Notes: generated by a model not told the origin, from the letters alone. Positions 1 to 10,399 are shown, numbered from the stretch's first letter. The stretch is 32,000 nt of DNA from an uncultured Chloroflexia bacterium (GCA_963718915.1 CAVRAI010000004.1:120001-152000), one strand, 5' to 3'. A program made the numbers and translations.

Positions 1-246
1 CTGGTTGATCGAATCCATAGCCTGCTGGCGAAACTCGTCATCGGTGAAGGGGCGCCGCGCCACGCCGACGACGCTGAACTGTGGCGGCAGCGGCTGCTCG
101 ATGGCAAGGTTGTAGAGCGCCGGGAGCAACTTGCGATGGGTCAGGTCTCCGGTGGCGCCGAAGATCACGAGCACGCATGGCTGCACAGTACGGGCGCTAC
201 GCATACCAGCGCGTAATGGATTCGAGGAGGTCGATGTCTCATTCAT
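1..246 (-). CDS. zwf: glucose-6-phosphate dehydrogenase, N-terminal 82 codons (gene runs off the window start)
   Basis: Reverse translation from the ATG at 246-244 gives MNETSTSSNPLRAGMRSARTVQPCVLVIFGATGDLTHRKLLPALYNLAIEQ... GATGDLxxRKLxPALY is the canonical G6PD dinucleotide-binding fingerprint. It lies downstream of tal-pgi and gnd on the same strand. Confidence 0.85.
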   Translation of the reverse strand, partial: MNETSTSSNPLRAGMRSARTVQPCVLVIFGATGDLTHRKLLPALYNLAIEQPLPPQFSVVGVARRPFTDDEFRQQAMDSINQ

Positions 247-343
247 GATAGAACGCTTTCTTTGCTCTCGACAGACCACGCGCACGCCTCTACACATCCC
301 ACCCTGAGGGGCGATGCAGGCCCCCCAGAGTGCGATGAGCAGA

Positions 344-1285
344 TTATTGGCCGTCAGGCTCCTGCCGCATGCCGCCCAGCTCGCCAGACTCGAACTTGAC
401 CGCATGGCCGCCGAACTGGTTGCGGAGCGCTGCGATGACCTTCGCCGAGAACGAATCATCCTGCCGCGAGACGAACCGCTGGAGCAGCGAGAGCGTGATG
501 ACCGGCGCGGGCACATCCTCGTCAATGGCCGCCTGCACCGTCCAGCGTCCCTCGCCGGAGTCCTGCACGTACCCTCTGATATTGGCAAGCTGCGGATCGT
601 CGGCGAAGGCCAACGCGGCCAGGTCAAGCAGCCACGAACGGACGACGCTGCCATTCTGCCAGACGCGCGTCACCTCGCGCAGGTCAGGCTTGAACTGCGA
701 CTTCTCGATGATCTCGAAGCCTTCGCCATATGCCTGAAGCATGCCGTACTCGATGCCGTTATGCACCATCTTGACGAAGTGGCCCGCGCCCGATGCCCCC
801 ATGTAGCCGTAGCCGTTGGGGGGCGCCAGTGTCTTGAAGATAGGCTCGCAGTGGTCGTAGGTGGACTTCTCGCCGCCAACCATCAGGCTGTAGCCCTCTT
901 TCAGCCCCCAGATGCCACCGCTGGTGCCGCAATCCATATAGTGCATACCAGCCGCCGTCACCTCCTGGGCGCGCCGCATCGTATCGTGAAAGTTGGAGTT
1001 GCCGCCGTCGATGATAATGTCGCCGGTCTTGAGCAGCCCCATGATGTGATGCAATGTGTCGTCGGTCACCTGGCCGGACGGCACCATCATCCAGACAATA
1101 CGCGGAGACTCTTGCAGTTTCGAGACCATCTCTTCGATAGTGAACGCTGGAATGGCGCCAGCCGCCTCCGCCTCGTTGACTGGCCCTGGGCTGCGATTCG
1201 CCGCGACGACACGGTGGCCGCCGCGCACCAGGCGCACCGTCATGTTAGCGCCCATCCGGCCCAGGCCATAGATACCCAACTCCAT
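344..1285 (-). CDS. gnd: 6-phosphogluconate dehydrogenase (decarboxylating), short ~310 aa form
   Basis: 313 aa ORF. It has the N-terminal Rossmann motif MELGIYGLGRMGANM and the GGNSNF, MHYMDCGTSGG and GAGHFVKMVHNGIEYG motifs typical of 6PGDH. It sits between tal-pgi and zwf. Confidence 0.85.
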   Translation of the reverse strand: MELGIYGLGRMGANMTVRLVRGGHRVVAANRSPGPVNEAEAAGAIPAFTIEEMVSKLQESPRIVWMMVPSGQVTDDTLHHIMGLLKTGDIIIDGGNSNFHDTMRRAQEVTAAGMHYMDCGTSGGIWGLKEGYSLMVGGEKSTYDHCEPIFKTLAPPNGYGYMGASGAGHFVKMVHNGIEYGMLQAYGEGFEIIEKSQFKPDLREVTRVWQNGSVVRSWLLDLAALAFADDPQLANIRGYVQDSGEGRWTVQAAIDEDVPAPVITLSLLQRFVSRQDDSFSAKVIAALRNQFGGHAVKFESGELGGMRQEPDGQ

Positions 1286-1359
1286 CGGATCTTCCTCCTC
1301 GTAAATTCAGTAAGTAGTACGCGCCCTGGATACTTGCTTGTACGACAGGGCGACCGCTG

Positions 1360-4300
1360 CTATGCGACCGTCGCCGCTTCGAGCGCCTGAAGCACTTCTC
1401 CCAGACCACCGGCAATGCCCGTGCCAAGATCAATGCGCATCACACGCCGGTCATGCGCCTCCAGCGATTGGAGATCGCCCAGCGCCTGCGCCTGCTTGAG
1501 CACGCCGAAAGTATATGGCTCGTCGGGAATCGGCACATCGACGGTATCGGTCGCGACGAACTGCAAGAAGACGCCGGTATTGGATCCGCCTTTATGCTCC
1601 TGTCCAGTCGAATGCTGGAATCGCGGCCCGTAGCCGAGGGTGGTCGCGACACGGCGCAGGTCACGCAGCCGCAGCCGGATCGCCTCAAGCGCCTGGTGTG
1701 TCTCCGGGGTGCGCTCGATATACGCCAGCAAGGCGATATAGTCGCCCGCGCCCGCCTGCCGCGCGATGATCTCCATCGCCGCCTGGAGCGAGACGGACTC
1801 ACGCAACCGCTGCGCCACCTCACCGCTGGCTACCAGCGAGACATTGCGAGACTGCGTCTGCAAGACGGCGCGGGGAGCGGGAATCATCTTTGTCTGCACG
1901 TATTCTTTCAGGATACGGTCGGTATTGTCCTTCGATTCCTGCACATTAGGCTGGTCGAAAGCGTTGATGCCGAGGAACGCGCCCGCGATGGCCGTCGCGA
2001 ACTCCCAGCGGAAGAACTCGGCGCCCATATCATAGGTATCTGACAGGTGGAGCAGCACGACCGGCTGGCCCGCCGTCTCCAGTTTTTTGACGGCGTCGTC
2101 CTGCTCGGGATCGAAGTCTGCCTCGGTGCGCAGATAGACGAAAACGCGGTCGTTTCCATAGACCGCGGGATCACCGAGCGCCTCACCCTCCACCGGCAGA
2201 ATGCCCTTGCCCTCTTTGCCGGTGCTTTCAGCGATCAGTTGTTCCAGCCAGTAGCCGAAGGTGCTGATAGGCGGCGAGACGACCAGGGTCGCTTTGTTGC
2301 GGCCGCCGTTGGCCAGCGTGCCGAGAATTGTTCCGAGCCAGACGCCCGGATTCGCGCGCGCGGCGGCATTCGCGGCGCACACGCTGGCCATCGCATCGGC
2401 GCGGTCGAGCAGCTTTTCGACATCCACCCCGATGATCGCCGCGGGTACCAGCCCGAAGAAAGAGAGCGCCGAATAGCGGCCACCGATGTCGGCTGGGTTG
2501 CGGAAGATGGCGCGGAAATGCAGACTCTGCGCGAGATCGTCGAGTTTGGTTCCCGCGTCGGTAATCGCGATGAAGTGCGCGCCAGCGTCGTCTCCGGCGA
2601 AGCTCGTGACTTTCTCGTGGAAGAAGCGGAACTGCGAGAGTGTCTCGATGGTGCCGCCTGACTTGGAGGCGACGATGAACAACGTATGTTGCAGATCGAT
2701 TGCCTGCACGACCCCCAGAATGGTGGCGGGGTCGGTTGAATCAAGCACATGCAGATGAGGGCCAGAGCCATCCCGCGCGAACGTCTCGCGCAGCACCTCC
2801 GGCGCGAGACTGCTGCCGCCCATGCCCAGCAGCACGGCGTCGCTGAACCCAGCGGCCTGTACCTCGTCGTGCAGCGCCCGCAGCCGTGGAAGTTCCACGC
2901 GCATCGCTGTCATGACGGTTAGCCAGCCGAGCCGGTTGGTAATCTCTTGTTGCTCGTTGGGGTCGGGCTTCCAGAGCGAGGGGTCTTTCTCCCAGACTCG
3001 CTGGGCAAACTGCTCATGGTCAGCGCGATTCAGCCCGGCGTCCACCGCCGCCTGCAGGTCGCCCAGGCTGGCCTCCTGCTGACTGGTGAAATCGGGCGGC
3101 GCGCTTGCTGGCGTAGCCGTCTCCGCCGAGACCGCGGGCGTCTTATCCGTGGCGACTTCATCTGGCTCGGCCGTTGCGGCTTCCGCCATCGCCGCTACAG
3201 CGACGGACGCTGCTTCCTCAGCGGTTATCGCCTCCACGGGCGCCTCCGTCGGGATACCGGCCTCCGCCTGGATCTTTTCAGTCTTCAATCTGGTAGCGTC
3301 GAGCAGGTGGTTGTACGAATCGGTAAACGAGGTGACGCCCTCAATCTCCAGTTGCTTGGTGACGGCGGCCATGTCGATGCCAGCCGCTTTCAGCCGATCC
3401 ATAATCTCGTGCTGGCCCGCGAAGTCCTGATCGACCGTGACGCGCGCCTCGCCATGCTCCTGGAAGGCGACGATGGTCTGCGGCGGCATGGTATCTACCG
3501 TCTCCGGCCCGATCAATTCCTCGACGTAGAGGACATCGCGATAGGCGGGATTCTTGGTGCTGGTGCTGGCCCAGAGGCAGCGCTGAGGCGTGGCGCCTTG
3601 TTCGCGCAGGCGGGCGAAGCGATCGCCCTGGAAGATTTCCTGATATTTCTGATAGGCCAACCGCGCGTTAGCGATGGCGGCTTTACCCTGGAGGTCGCGC
3701 AGTTCCTGCTGGCGCTGGGGGTCGCTTTCCGCGGCAATCATTTCGTCAAGCTGCTTATCGACCAGCGTGTCAACGCGGCTAACAAAGAAACTGGCGACGG
3801 AGGCGATGCCCGCGACGGGCAGCCCCTCGCGCAGGCGATGCTCCAGCCCGCTAATGTATGCCTCAGTCACTAGCTCGTAGACCTCGAGGGCAAATATGAG
3901 CGTGATGTTGATGTTCACGCCCTCGTAGATCATCTCTTCGATGGCGGGCAGCCCCTCGCGGGTAGCGGGGATCTTGACCATGATGTTGGGACGGCCGACC
4001 AGTTTGTGCAGGCGGCGCGCCTCGCTGATGGTGGAGCGGGTGTCATTGGCGAAGTTGGGGGCAACCTCGATGCTGATGTAGCCATCGCCGCCGTTGGTGC
4101 GGTCATAGATCGGTCTGAAGAGGTCGGCGGCGGCCTGGATGTCGTGGATGGAGAGCGCGTCGAAAATCTGTCTGGGATCGGTGATGCCCTGGCTCACGAG
4201 CTCCTTCAACTGGTCGTCATAGTCGGCGCTGCCGTCTATCGCTTTCTCGAAGATTGTTGGATTCGAGGTAACTCCGACGACCGCGTCCTCATCGATCAGG

Positions 4301-4398
4301 CGTTGTAAATCACCCGAAGTGATGAGTCGCCGCTGGATGTTGTCATACCAGATGCTCTGACCGAGCTGAGAAACCTGGTGCAGGCGACTCTCTGACAT
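1360..4398 (-). CDS. bifunctional transaldolase / glucose-6-phosphate isomerase
   Basis: The N-terminal part (QSIWYDNIQRRLITSGDL, GVTSNPTIFEKAI, VKIPAT) is transaldolase. The C-terminal part (LLGMGGSSLAPEV, FIVASKSGGTIET, GRYSALS, QPNVQESK) is PGI/SIS. I place the start at the ATG at 4398 (M33 of the track ORF) because GGAGG lies about 8 nt upstream. Confidence 0.85.
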   Translation of the reverse strand: MSESRLHQVSQLGQSIWYDNIQRRLITSGDLQRLIDEDAVVGVTSNPTIFEKAIDGSADYDDQLKELVSQGITDPRQIFDALSIHDIQAAADLFRPIYDRTNGGDGYISIEVAPNFANDTRSTISEARRLHKLVGRPNIMVKIPATREGLPAIEEMIYEGVNINITLIFALEVYELVTEAYISGLEHRLREGLPVAGIASVASFFVSRVDTLVDKQLDEMIAAESDPQRQQELRDLQGKAAIANARLAYQKYQEIFQGDRFARLREQGATPQRCLWASTSTKNPAYRDVLYVEELIGPETVDTMPPQTIVAFQEHGEARVTVDQDFAGQHEIMDRLKAAGIDMAAVTKQLEIEGVTSFTDSYNHLLDATRLKTEKIQAEAGIPTEAPVEAITAEEAASVAVAAMAEAATAEPDEVATDKTPAVSAETATPASAPPDFTSQQEASLGDLQAAVDAGLNRADHEQFAQRVWEKDPSLWKPDPNEQQEITNRLGWLTVMTAMRVELPRLRALHDEVQAAGFSDAVLLGMGGSSLAPEVLRETFARDGSGPHLHVLDSTDPATILGVVQAIDLQHTLFIVASKSGGTIETLSQFRFFHEKVTSFAGDDAGAHFIAITDAGTKLDDLAQSLHFRAIFRNPADIGGRYSALSFFGLVPAAIIGVDVEKLLDRADAMASVCAANAAARANPGVWLGTILGTLANGGRNKATLVVSPPISTFGYWLEQLIAESTGKEGKGILPVEGEALGDPAVYGNDRVFVYLRTEADFDPEQDDAVKKLETAGQPVVLLHLSDTYDMGAEFFRWEFATAIAGAFLGINAFDQPNVQESKDNTDRILKEYVQTKMIPAPRAVLQTQSRNVSLVASGEVAQRLRESVSLQAAMEIIARQAGAGDYIALLAYIERTPETHQALEAIRLRLRDLRRVATTLGYGPRFQHSTGQEHKGGSNTGVFLQFVATDTVDVPIPDEPYTFGVLKQAQALGDLQSLEAHDRRVMRIDLGTGIAGGLGEVLQALEAATVA

Positions 4399-4707
4399 AG
4401 CTACTGCCTCCACATAACTCGACGATATGTTCGGCGTGCGCTGCTGCAATGCGCCAGACCGTCCGGCTCCACGCGCACGCTGACTCGCGTTCACAAGGTT
4501 CGCTACACTCTCATAAAGGCCCTGTTCGTAGTGTAGTCACATCGCGCGTGGCCTTGCTATCGTGCGCTTGACATCCCTACACGACCCGTACATCAAGCGG
4601 TTGTCGCATGCGCCATGCCGCTCTCGACAGAGTCGTCTGGCACACAAGGCCACGTTCCACTGTAGCAGCCGGGGGGCGCGGGTCGCAAGTTGAGCAGTAT
4701 TGTCCTC

Positions 4708-4736
4708 GTGACTATGCGACGCGCGCATTCTATGCT
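4708..4736 (+). promoter_or_regulatory. candidate sigma70-type promoter (GTGACT-17-TATGCT) for the acyltransferase gene
   Basis: The hexamers are spaced 17 nt apart. The -10 element is 33 nt upstream of the 4769 start. By-eye match only. Confidence 0.3.
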
Positions 4737-4768
4737 AGGATGGCGGCAGAGCAATAACGCGCCATTCG

Positions 4769-5482
4769 GTGGAGTCTGTGATGGGTGTGGGCTACCGTAT
4801 TCTACGTTCCGCTGCCAAGCTGATACTGGCCTTCCAGATGCAGCTTGAGATTCGCGGTATCGAGCGTTTGCCCCGGACGGGTCCCCTTTTGCTTGTCAGC
4901 AACCATCTTGGCAACTCCGATCAATTTGCTATCGCCGTGCGACTGCCACAAGAGGTGCATATCCTGGCGAAGGCGGAGATATTCGAGTGGCCCATCGTGG
5001 GGTGGCTGGCGCGACGGGGTGAGGCTGTGCCGATCCGTCGTGGCGAGGCTGACCGCGAGGCGCTGCGCACCATGCGTGACTTACTCCAGGGCGGCGCATG
5101 GGTGCTGGTCTTCCCCGAAGGCACCTATGTGGATCCCGGTGATCCCCTCGGCATGTTGCCCGTGAAGACAGGGGCAGCCTGGCTCGCCTGGCATACTGGC
5201 GCAACGATTGTCCCCGTGGCCATCACCGGCACTGAGGTCGTCTGGTCGCCGGGCCGTGGCTGGCGGCTCTGGCAGCGCCCGCATGTCCGTGTCACCTTTG
5301 GCGAGCCATATAAGCCGGTCTGGCCAGAGCAGGCGGCGCAAAAGCCAGCCTTGCGAGCCATGGCCGATGAGATGGCCCAGCGCATCGCGGCGCTCCTGCC
5401 CGAAGGTTATCGCGGGGTCTACGCCCAATCCACGCCAGAACTATCCGGCGGCTTGCCGCACTCTTCGCAATCCGTGTCGTGA
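4769..5482 (+). CDS. lysophospholipid (1-acyl-sn-glycerol-3-phosphate) acyltransferase family protein
   Basis: The NHLGNSD (HxxxxD) catalytic block and the FPEGT block are spaced as in PlsC-family acyltransferases. An alternative ATG start lies at 4781. Confidence 0.75.
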   Translation: MESVMGVGYRILRSAAKLILAFQMQLEIRGIERLPRTGPLLLVSNHLGNSDQFAIAVRLPQEVHILAKAEIFEWPIVGWLARRGEAVPIRRGEADREALRTMRDLLQGGAWVLVFPEGTYVDPGDPLGMLPVKTGAAWLAWHTGATIVPVAITGTEVVWSPGRGWRLWQRPHVRVTFGEPYKPVWPEQAAQKPALRAMADEMAQRIAALLPEGYRGVYAQSTPELSGGLPHSSQSVS

Positions 5483-5530
5483 GCTTCAAAAGTTTCAGTG
5501 GCTGACGACGGACTGCATTGTGACCAGTAG

Positions 5531-7049
5531 ATGAGAGGAAATGGAATGCCTCAGAGGCATAGTCGGAGGGCGCCGCTGGTTTTGCTGGTGGTGGTAGTGG
5601 TGGTGGCGCTGGGGCTGAGTGGATGTCAGTTGCCGTTTGGGCCGCAGGTGAAGATGAGCGGCATGGTCTATGGCGAGCAGATTGCCGCGCGCCAGGCAGG
5701 CATGAGCGTTCCCGTGCCGCTACGGGGAGCCACCGTCACCTGCAATGGCGCATCGGGGCCATCGGGCAGTGATGGCGCGTTCTCCTTCTCGGTCTCGCAG
5801 TCCAGCTCCTATAGCTGCACCGCGACCGCGCCGAATTACTCCAGCGTGACCGCCAGCTTTTCGTCCAAGGGGGGCGCGATCAGCCTCACCTTTGGCCCGA
5901 AGCAGGCGGCTAAATGTACGACGGGCGCCACAACCAGCGCGCTCACCTGTGGGGTGCTGCCGCCCGCGACGGCGACGCTACAGGGGGTCGTCACCAACGC
6001 CGCGACCCATCAGGGGCTGGCCCATGTGAAGGTGCAGTGCTGGAACTCGGCGATGGATGTGACATCCAGTGACAAATCATCGCGGGTCAGCGCCACCACC
6101 GATAGCAGTGGCGCCTATGAGCTTCACAATCTGGCGGTCGATCCCTGGGGATGCGTGGCGGACACCGATCAGACGCTTCACACCACCACGCTCAAGCCGG
6201 GCGCGGCCATCACGCTGAATATCGCGGCATGCAAAGCGCGTTGTCCGAACTTCAAGTTTCACCAGGGTACTGTTATTCACCGTCTGACGGCGTATCTTCT
6301 CTTCTGGCTGCCGAATGGCTATGTCTTTGAACCCAATGGCAACAGCAGCCGTTTCGAGCATCTGATGGAGCAATACTTCCAGGATGTCGGCGGCACGCCG
6401 TTCTATAACATACTGTCGCAGTACTACGACAATCAGGGCGGGTCGGTGCGCAATGTGGTAACGCTCGGCGGCAGCTTATGTGGATACGCATCCCTATCCC
6501 AGGGCGGCGACGACCAGTGATCCGCTCCTGGATGGCGACATTGTCGACGAGATTGACCGCGTGCTGGCCGTGAAGAACGGGGCGTGGGTCACCGACGACG
6601 ACCACCTGGTGTTCCTCTTTACCGGCCTCAACGCGCAGGAGTGTTCGGGGCTTACGGACAACGACGGCTGCACGTTTACCCACAACGCCGAGTCGGACTT
6701 CTGCGCCTATCATTCGAATTCCTTCAACAACGATCTCATCTACGCCTATATTCCCGTCATCGAAGATTGCCTGGATACGCCGCCTGTCCTGATGCCCAAT
6801 CGCGACCCAATTGCCGACCCCATCATCAGCATCGTCTCGCACGAGCAGTTCGAGGCGGTGAGCAACCCCACGCTCGGTGGCTGGTTCGACGGCTCCGTTT
6901 TCGAGGGTGAGATGGGCGACAAGTGCGTGCGTGTCTACGGGCGATTATCTGACGCCGACGGCAATGTCACGCTGGCCAACGGCCACCACTATCTGGTGCA
7001 GGAGGAGTGGAGCCTGCGCGATCAAGCGTGCGTGCTCTCGCTATCGTGA
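5531..7049 (+). pseudogene. secreted lipoprotein (N-terminal Ig/carboxypeptidase-regulatory-like repeats, C-terminal domain tentatively EXORDIUM/PHI-1-like) interrupted by one +1 frameshift
   Basis: Signal peptide plus lipobox (LVLLVVVVVVALGLSGCQ). ORF 5531-6520 (frame 2) and ORF 6480-7049 (frame 0) overlap. Frame 0 opens directly after the TAA at 6459-6461. Removing one T of the TT at 6476-6477 gives a continuous ...VTLGGSYVDTHPYP... Confidence 0.55.
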
Positions 7050-7152
7050 GCGGCTGAGGTGACGCACGCCGCGCTGCCCGTGATACACTGAGTCAGCAAC
7101 GGCAGCCGTTAGGGTTGTCGCGCGGTGAACCTCGACGCAAGGGGGTTTCTCG

Positions 7153-8799
7153 ATGGCAGATACACTGGCCAGCGCCGCACCTATCGTGCGGCGAAGCGCA
7201 CCGTACAGCTTTCCAGAGTTCTATTGTCCCTCGTTGATCTACCCCGACGTACCATTCCACGAGATGTTCGCGCGCACTGCTCAGCGCGTGCCAGAGCGCC
7301 CCGCCATCTTCTGGCGGGACATTACGCTGTCGTATCGCGAATTGTACGCGCTTGCTCGCTCGGCGGCCGTCGGAATGCAGGCGCTGGGGCTGAACAAGGG
7401 TGATCGCGTCTGTCTGCTGATGCTCAACCGCCCCGAGTTCATCATCGGCTGGATGGCGGCGAGCATGCTGGGGCTGGTAATCACCCCGATGAATCCGTCG
7501 TACAAAGAGCGTGAGGTCACCTATCAGTTGCAGAACAGCGGGGCCAGGGCGATCCTCGTCCAGCGCGAGCTGTTGCCATTGGTGCAGGCGGCGCGCGGCC
7601 AGACGCCCGACCTGAAGCATGTGATGGTCACGGGCAGCGAGCCGGTCGCCGACGATCCCCAGGTTATCCCTTTTGGCCTGCTGCTGATGACGCACGCGCC
7701 GACACAGGCCCCACTGGTTGAGGTGCGCGGCGACGACATGATCGCGTTGCCGTATTCCAGCGGCACAACCGGCTTGCCCAAGGGGGTGATACTGACGCAA
7801 CGCCACCTGGTCATCAATGTCCACCAGTTCATCTCTGCCTCGCGCGTGACCGAGCAGGATGTCTTTATGGTCTTTCTGCCGCTCTATCATATGTACGGTG
7901 TTGCGCTGATGGGGCAGGCGGCTTTTTCCGGCTCGGCGCTCGTGCTGGTCGAGCGCTTCGATGCGGCGGAGGTGCTCTCGCTCATCAAGAAGCGCGGGGT
8001 GACAATCTTCCCGGTTGTGCCCCCGGTCTTGCTGGCGCTCTCTGGCCTGCCCAACCTTAGTCGGGACTACTTCCCGAACGTGCGCCACATGCTCTGCGCC
8101 GCCGCGCCAATGGCGCCCGCCGCCGCTCAGCGCGTGATCGATGCGACCGGCATCCCGGTGATGCAGGCGTACGGCATGACGGAAGCCTCGCCGCTGACGC
8201 ATCATAGCCCGATGGAGCTGGAGTTGATACGGCTGGCGTCGGGTGGCACGCCGGTCAGCGATACCGAGCAGAAGGTGGTTGACCTGGAGACGGGCGAGCG
8301 CGACCTGCCGGTTGGCGAGGTTGGCGAGATATGCATCCGCGGCCCACAGATTATGCAGGGCTACTGGCAGGCGGAGTCGGAGACAGCGCGGGTCTTGCGC
8401 GACGGCTGGTATCACTCTGGCGATGTCGGCTACATCGACGAGCAAGGCTATGTCTATATCGTGGATCGCGCCAAGGAGATGATCAAGCATAAGGGCTTTG
8501 GCATCGCGCCCGCCGAGTTGGAGGCGGTGCTACTGGAGCATCCAGCCGTGCGCGAGGCGGCGGTAATTGGCCTGCCAGACGCGGAGGCAGGCGAGATTCC
8601 GCGGGCCTATGTGGCATTGCGCGAGGGACAGTCGGTCTCGGATACCGATCTGATGGCGTTCGCCAACGAGCGCATGGCAAACTACAAAGCGATTCGTCAA
8701 CTGGTCTTTGTAGAGAGCATCCCCAAGACGGCATCCGGCAAGATTCTGCGCCGGGAACTCAAGGATCAGGCGCTGGGCAGAACCCAGGGGCAACGGTAG
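7153..8799 (+). CDS. AMP-dependent acyl-CoA synthetase/ligase (long-chain fatty acid or 4-coumarate CoA ligase-like)
   Basis: 548 aa. It carries the AMP-binding signature LPYSSGTTGLPKGV, the YGMTE and GWYHSGDVGYIDEQGY blocks and the C-terminal IPKTASGKILRR lysine motif. Confidence 0.85.
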   Translation: MADTLASAAPIVRRSAPYSFPEFYCPSLIYPDVPFHEMFARTAQRVPERPAIFWRDITLSYRELYALARSAAVGMQALGLNKGDRVCLLMLNRPEFIIGWMAASMLGLVITPMNPSYKEREVTYQLQNSGARAILVQRELLPLVQAARGQTPDLKHVMVTGSEPVADDPQVIPFGLLLMTHAPTQAPLVEVRGDDMIALPYSSGTTGLPKGVILTQRHLVINVHQFISASRVTEQDVFMVFLPLYHMYGVALMGQAAFSGSALVLVERFDAAEVLSLIKKRGVTIFPVVPPVLLALSGLPNLSRDYFPNVRHMLCAAAPMAPAAAQRVIDATGIPVMQAYGMTEASPLTHHSPMELELIRLASGGTPVSDTEQKVVDLETGERDLPVGEVGEICIRGPQIMQGYWQAESETARVLRDGWYHSGDVGYIDEQGYVYIVDRAKEMIKHKGFGIAPAELEAVLLEHPAVREAAVIGLPDAEAGEIPRAYVALREGQSVSDTDLMAFANERMANYKAIRQLVFVESIPKTASGKILRRELKDQALGRTQGQR

Positions 8800-8813
8800 C
8801 GAATGGGATGCGG

Positions 8814-8837
8814 GCCGCAGGCTGAAGCCCTGCGGCT
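8814..8837 (+). terminator. stem-loop (8 bp stem GCCGCAGG/CCTGCGGC, 7 nt loop) 15 nt after the ligase stop; member of a dispersed hairpin repeat
   Basis: The stem is seen directly. There is no clear U-tract. Related copies lie at 24968-24992 and 11717-11741 (half copy). Confidence 0.3.
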
Positions 8838-8977
8838 AATCCTGAATTACGCATGCTTGCTTGCAGTTCGAGATGATTCTGAAGTGGGCAGGATTCGCCG
8901 TGGCCTTCAGGCTACGGCGCGCGTTCGCTTACGATAACTGCTGTCCCTCCGTCGCTTCAATCAAAGGATGACAAGCT

Positions 8978-10027
8978 ATGCGGCTGGGCGCTATTCCACG
9001 TGGCGTGGTGGAACGCATCGCCTTCGCGCTGGGACTCGTGCCCACGCCGCTGCTCGATAGCATCATCGCGCTGTTGCTGGCGCGCACGGTGATGGTGGCG
9101 ACCCGGCTGGGCGTCTTCGAGACGATGGCCGGGCAGCCACGCCGCGTGGCGGATATCGCCGAACAGTGCCAGACCGCGCCCGCCGCTACCCACAAACTGC
9201 TGGATGCGCTGGTTGGCGCGGGCTACCTGCGACTGCGCGGTGGGCTGTATTCGCTGGCGCCGGTCGCGCGCCGCTGGCTGTTGAAAGATAGCCCGTGGTC
9301 GCTCCATGACGCGATTCTGATGCAGTTCATGGATGAACAGTTTATTGCCCAGATGGAGTCGTTCGTCAGGACGGGCGCGCCCATCGAAATCCACGAGCAC
9401 ATGACCCCCGATACGTGGGAGATCTACCAGCGCGGGATGCGTTCCGGCGCGCGGCTGGCGACGCCTGAGGTGGCGCTCCGGCTGCCAGTGCCGCGTGATG
9501 CGCGCGCGATGCTTGATATCGGCGGCTCGCACGGCTACTATTCGGTTGCCCTGTGCAGACGCCACCCCCAATTGCGCGCAACCGTGCTTGATCTGCCCGA
9601 AGCGGTGGTCGCCGCCGCTCCACTGCTGGCGCGTGAGGGCATGGGTGACCGCGTCGTGCACCGCGCCGATAACGCGCTGACCGCCGATCTGGGCCGCGAC
9701 GAGTATGACCTGATTCTGGTAGCCAACCTTGTTCATCACTTCGCCGAAGCCCAGAACCGCGATCTGGTGCGGCGCTGCGCCCGCGCGCTGCGTCCCGGTG
9801 GACGGCTGGTGATCGGCGAGGTCGTGCGCCCGGCGACGCCACAGACGGCGGGACAGATTGGCGCGCTGACCGACCTCTACTTTGCGTTGACCAGCGCGGG
9901 TGGCACATGGTCATTCGCGGAGATGGCCGACTGGCAGCGGTCGGCTGGGCTGCGTCCGCGCCGCCCGATTCGCCTCGTCACTGGCCCCGGCGGCGGACTA
10001 CAGGTGGCGGAGAAACCCCGCCGCTAA
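8978..10027 (+). CDS. SAM-dependent O-methyltransferase (family 2, with N-terminal winged-helix dimerisation domain)
   Basis: 349 aa. Motif I is MLDIGGSHGYY. RATVLDLPEAV and DLILVANLVHHF are typical of Methyltransf_2 enzymes. An AAGGA Shine-Dalgarno lies upstream. Confidence 0.8.
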   Translation: MRLGAIPRGVVERIAFALGLVPTPLLDSIIALLLARTVMVATRLGVFETMAGQPRRVADIAEQCQTAPAATHKLLDALVGAGYLRLRGGLYSLAPVARRWLLKDSPWSLHDAILMQFMDEQFIAQMESFVRTGAPIEIHEHMTPDTWEIYQRGMRSGARLATPEVALRLPVPRDARAMLDIGGSHGYYSVALCRRHPQLRATVLDLPEAVVAAAPLLAREGMGDRVVHRADNALTADLGRDEYDLILVANLVHHFAEAQNRDLVRRCARALRPGGRLVIGEVVRPATPQTAGQIGALTDLYFALTSAGGTWSFAEMADWQRSAGLRPRRPIRLVTGPGGGLQVAEKPRR

Positions 10028-10399
10028 CGGCTCTTTCCCCATACCATTTTGCCGGGCAAATCACCTGGAACAACAGTGCGATGATGTGTGTTATAGTGCG
10101 CATCGTCATAGGCGTTTTATCGTAGTAGTAGCTGTCGATGGCTTGGTCATCGAGGCGGCTTTCGGAGGCGATTTCTTCGCGGTATCTGGGCGGCGAGGAA
10201 ATCCGTGCTGAGTTCAACCGTTCGCGGAAGAACGGCTGCGGTTGTGTCACGGCTCACAGAAGCATATAGGACGTGCATCGATCTGTGAGCGCAGAGGTCA
10301 GGCAAAGTTTCACCGGGCGCTTTCCGCAACTATGCGGGCGCGCTGTATGGAGACTTTGACGGGATGGGTTGTGGTGTTTTGCAAGGATTGGGGAGGGGA

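Noticed and set aside
314-1390. 358 aa plus-strand ORF
   Set aside because: It is entirely antisense to the well-supported gnd gene. The translation is Arg/Ala/Leu-rich with no recognisable motifs. This is a typical shadow ORF of GC-rich DNA.
2947-3873. 308 aa plus-strand ORF, and several other 60-200 aa ORFs between 1415 and 4308
   Set aside because: All lie antisense to or inside the tal-pgi gene, which carries clear domain motifs along its full length.
7093-8490. 465 aa minus-strand ORF
   Set aside because: It is antisense to the acyl-CoA ligase gene, which has the AMP-binding signature. The translation is low-complexity (R/H/Q/L-rich).
8957-9739. 260 aa minus-strand ORF
   Set aside because: It is antisense to the O-methyltransferase gene and has no motifs.
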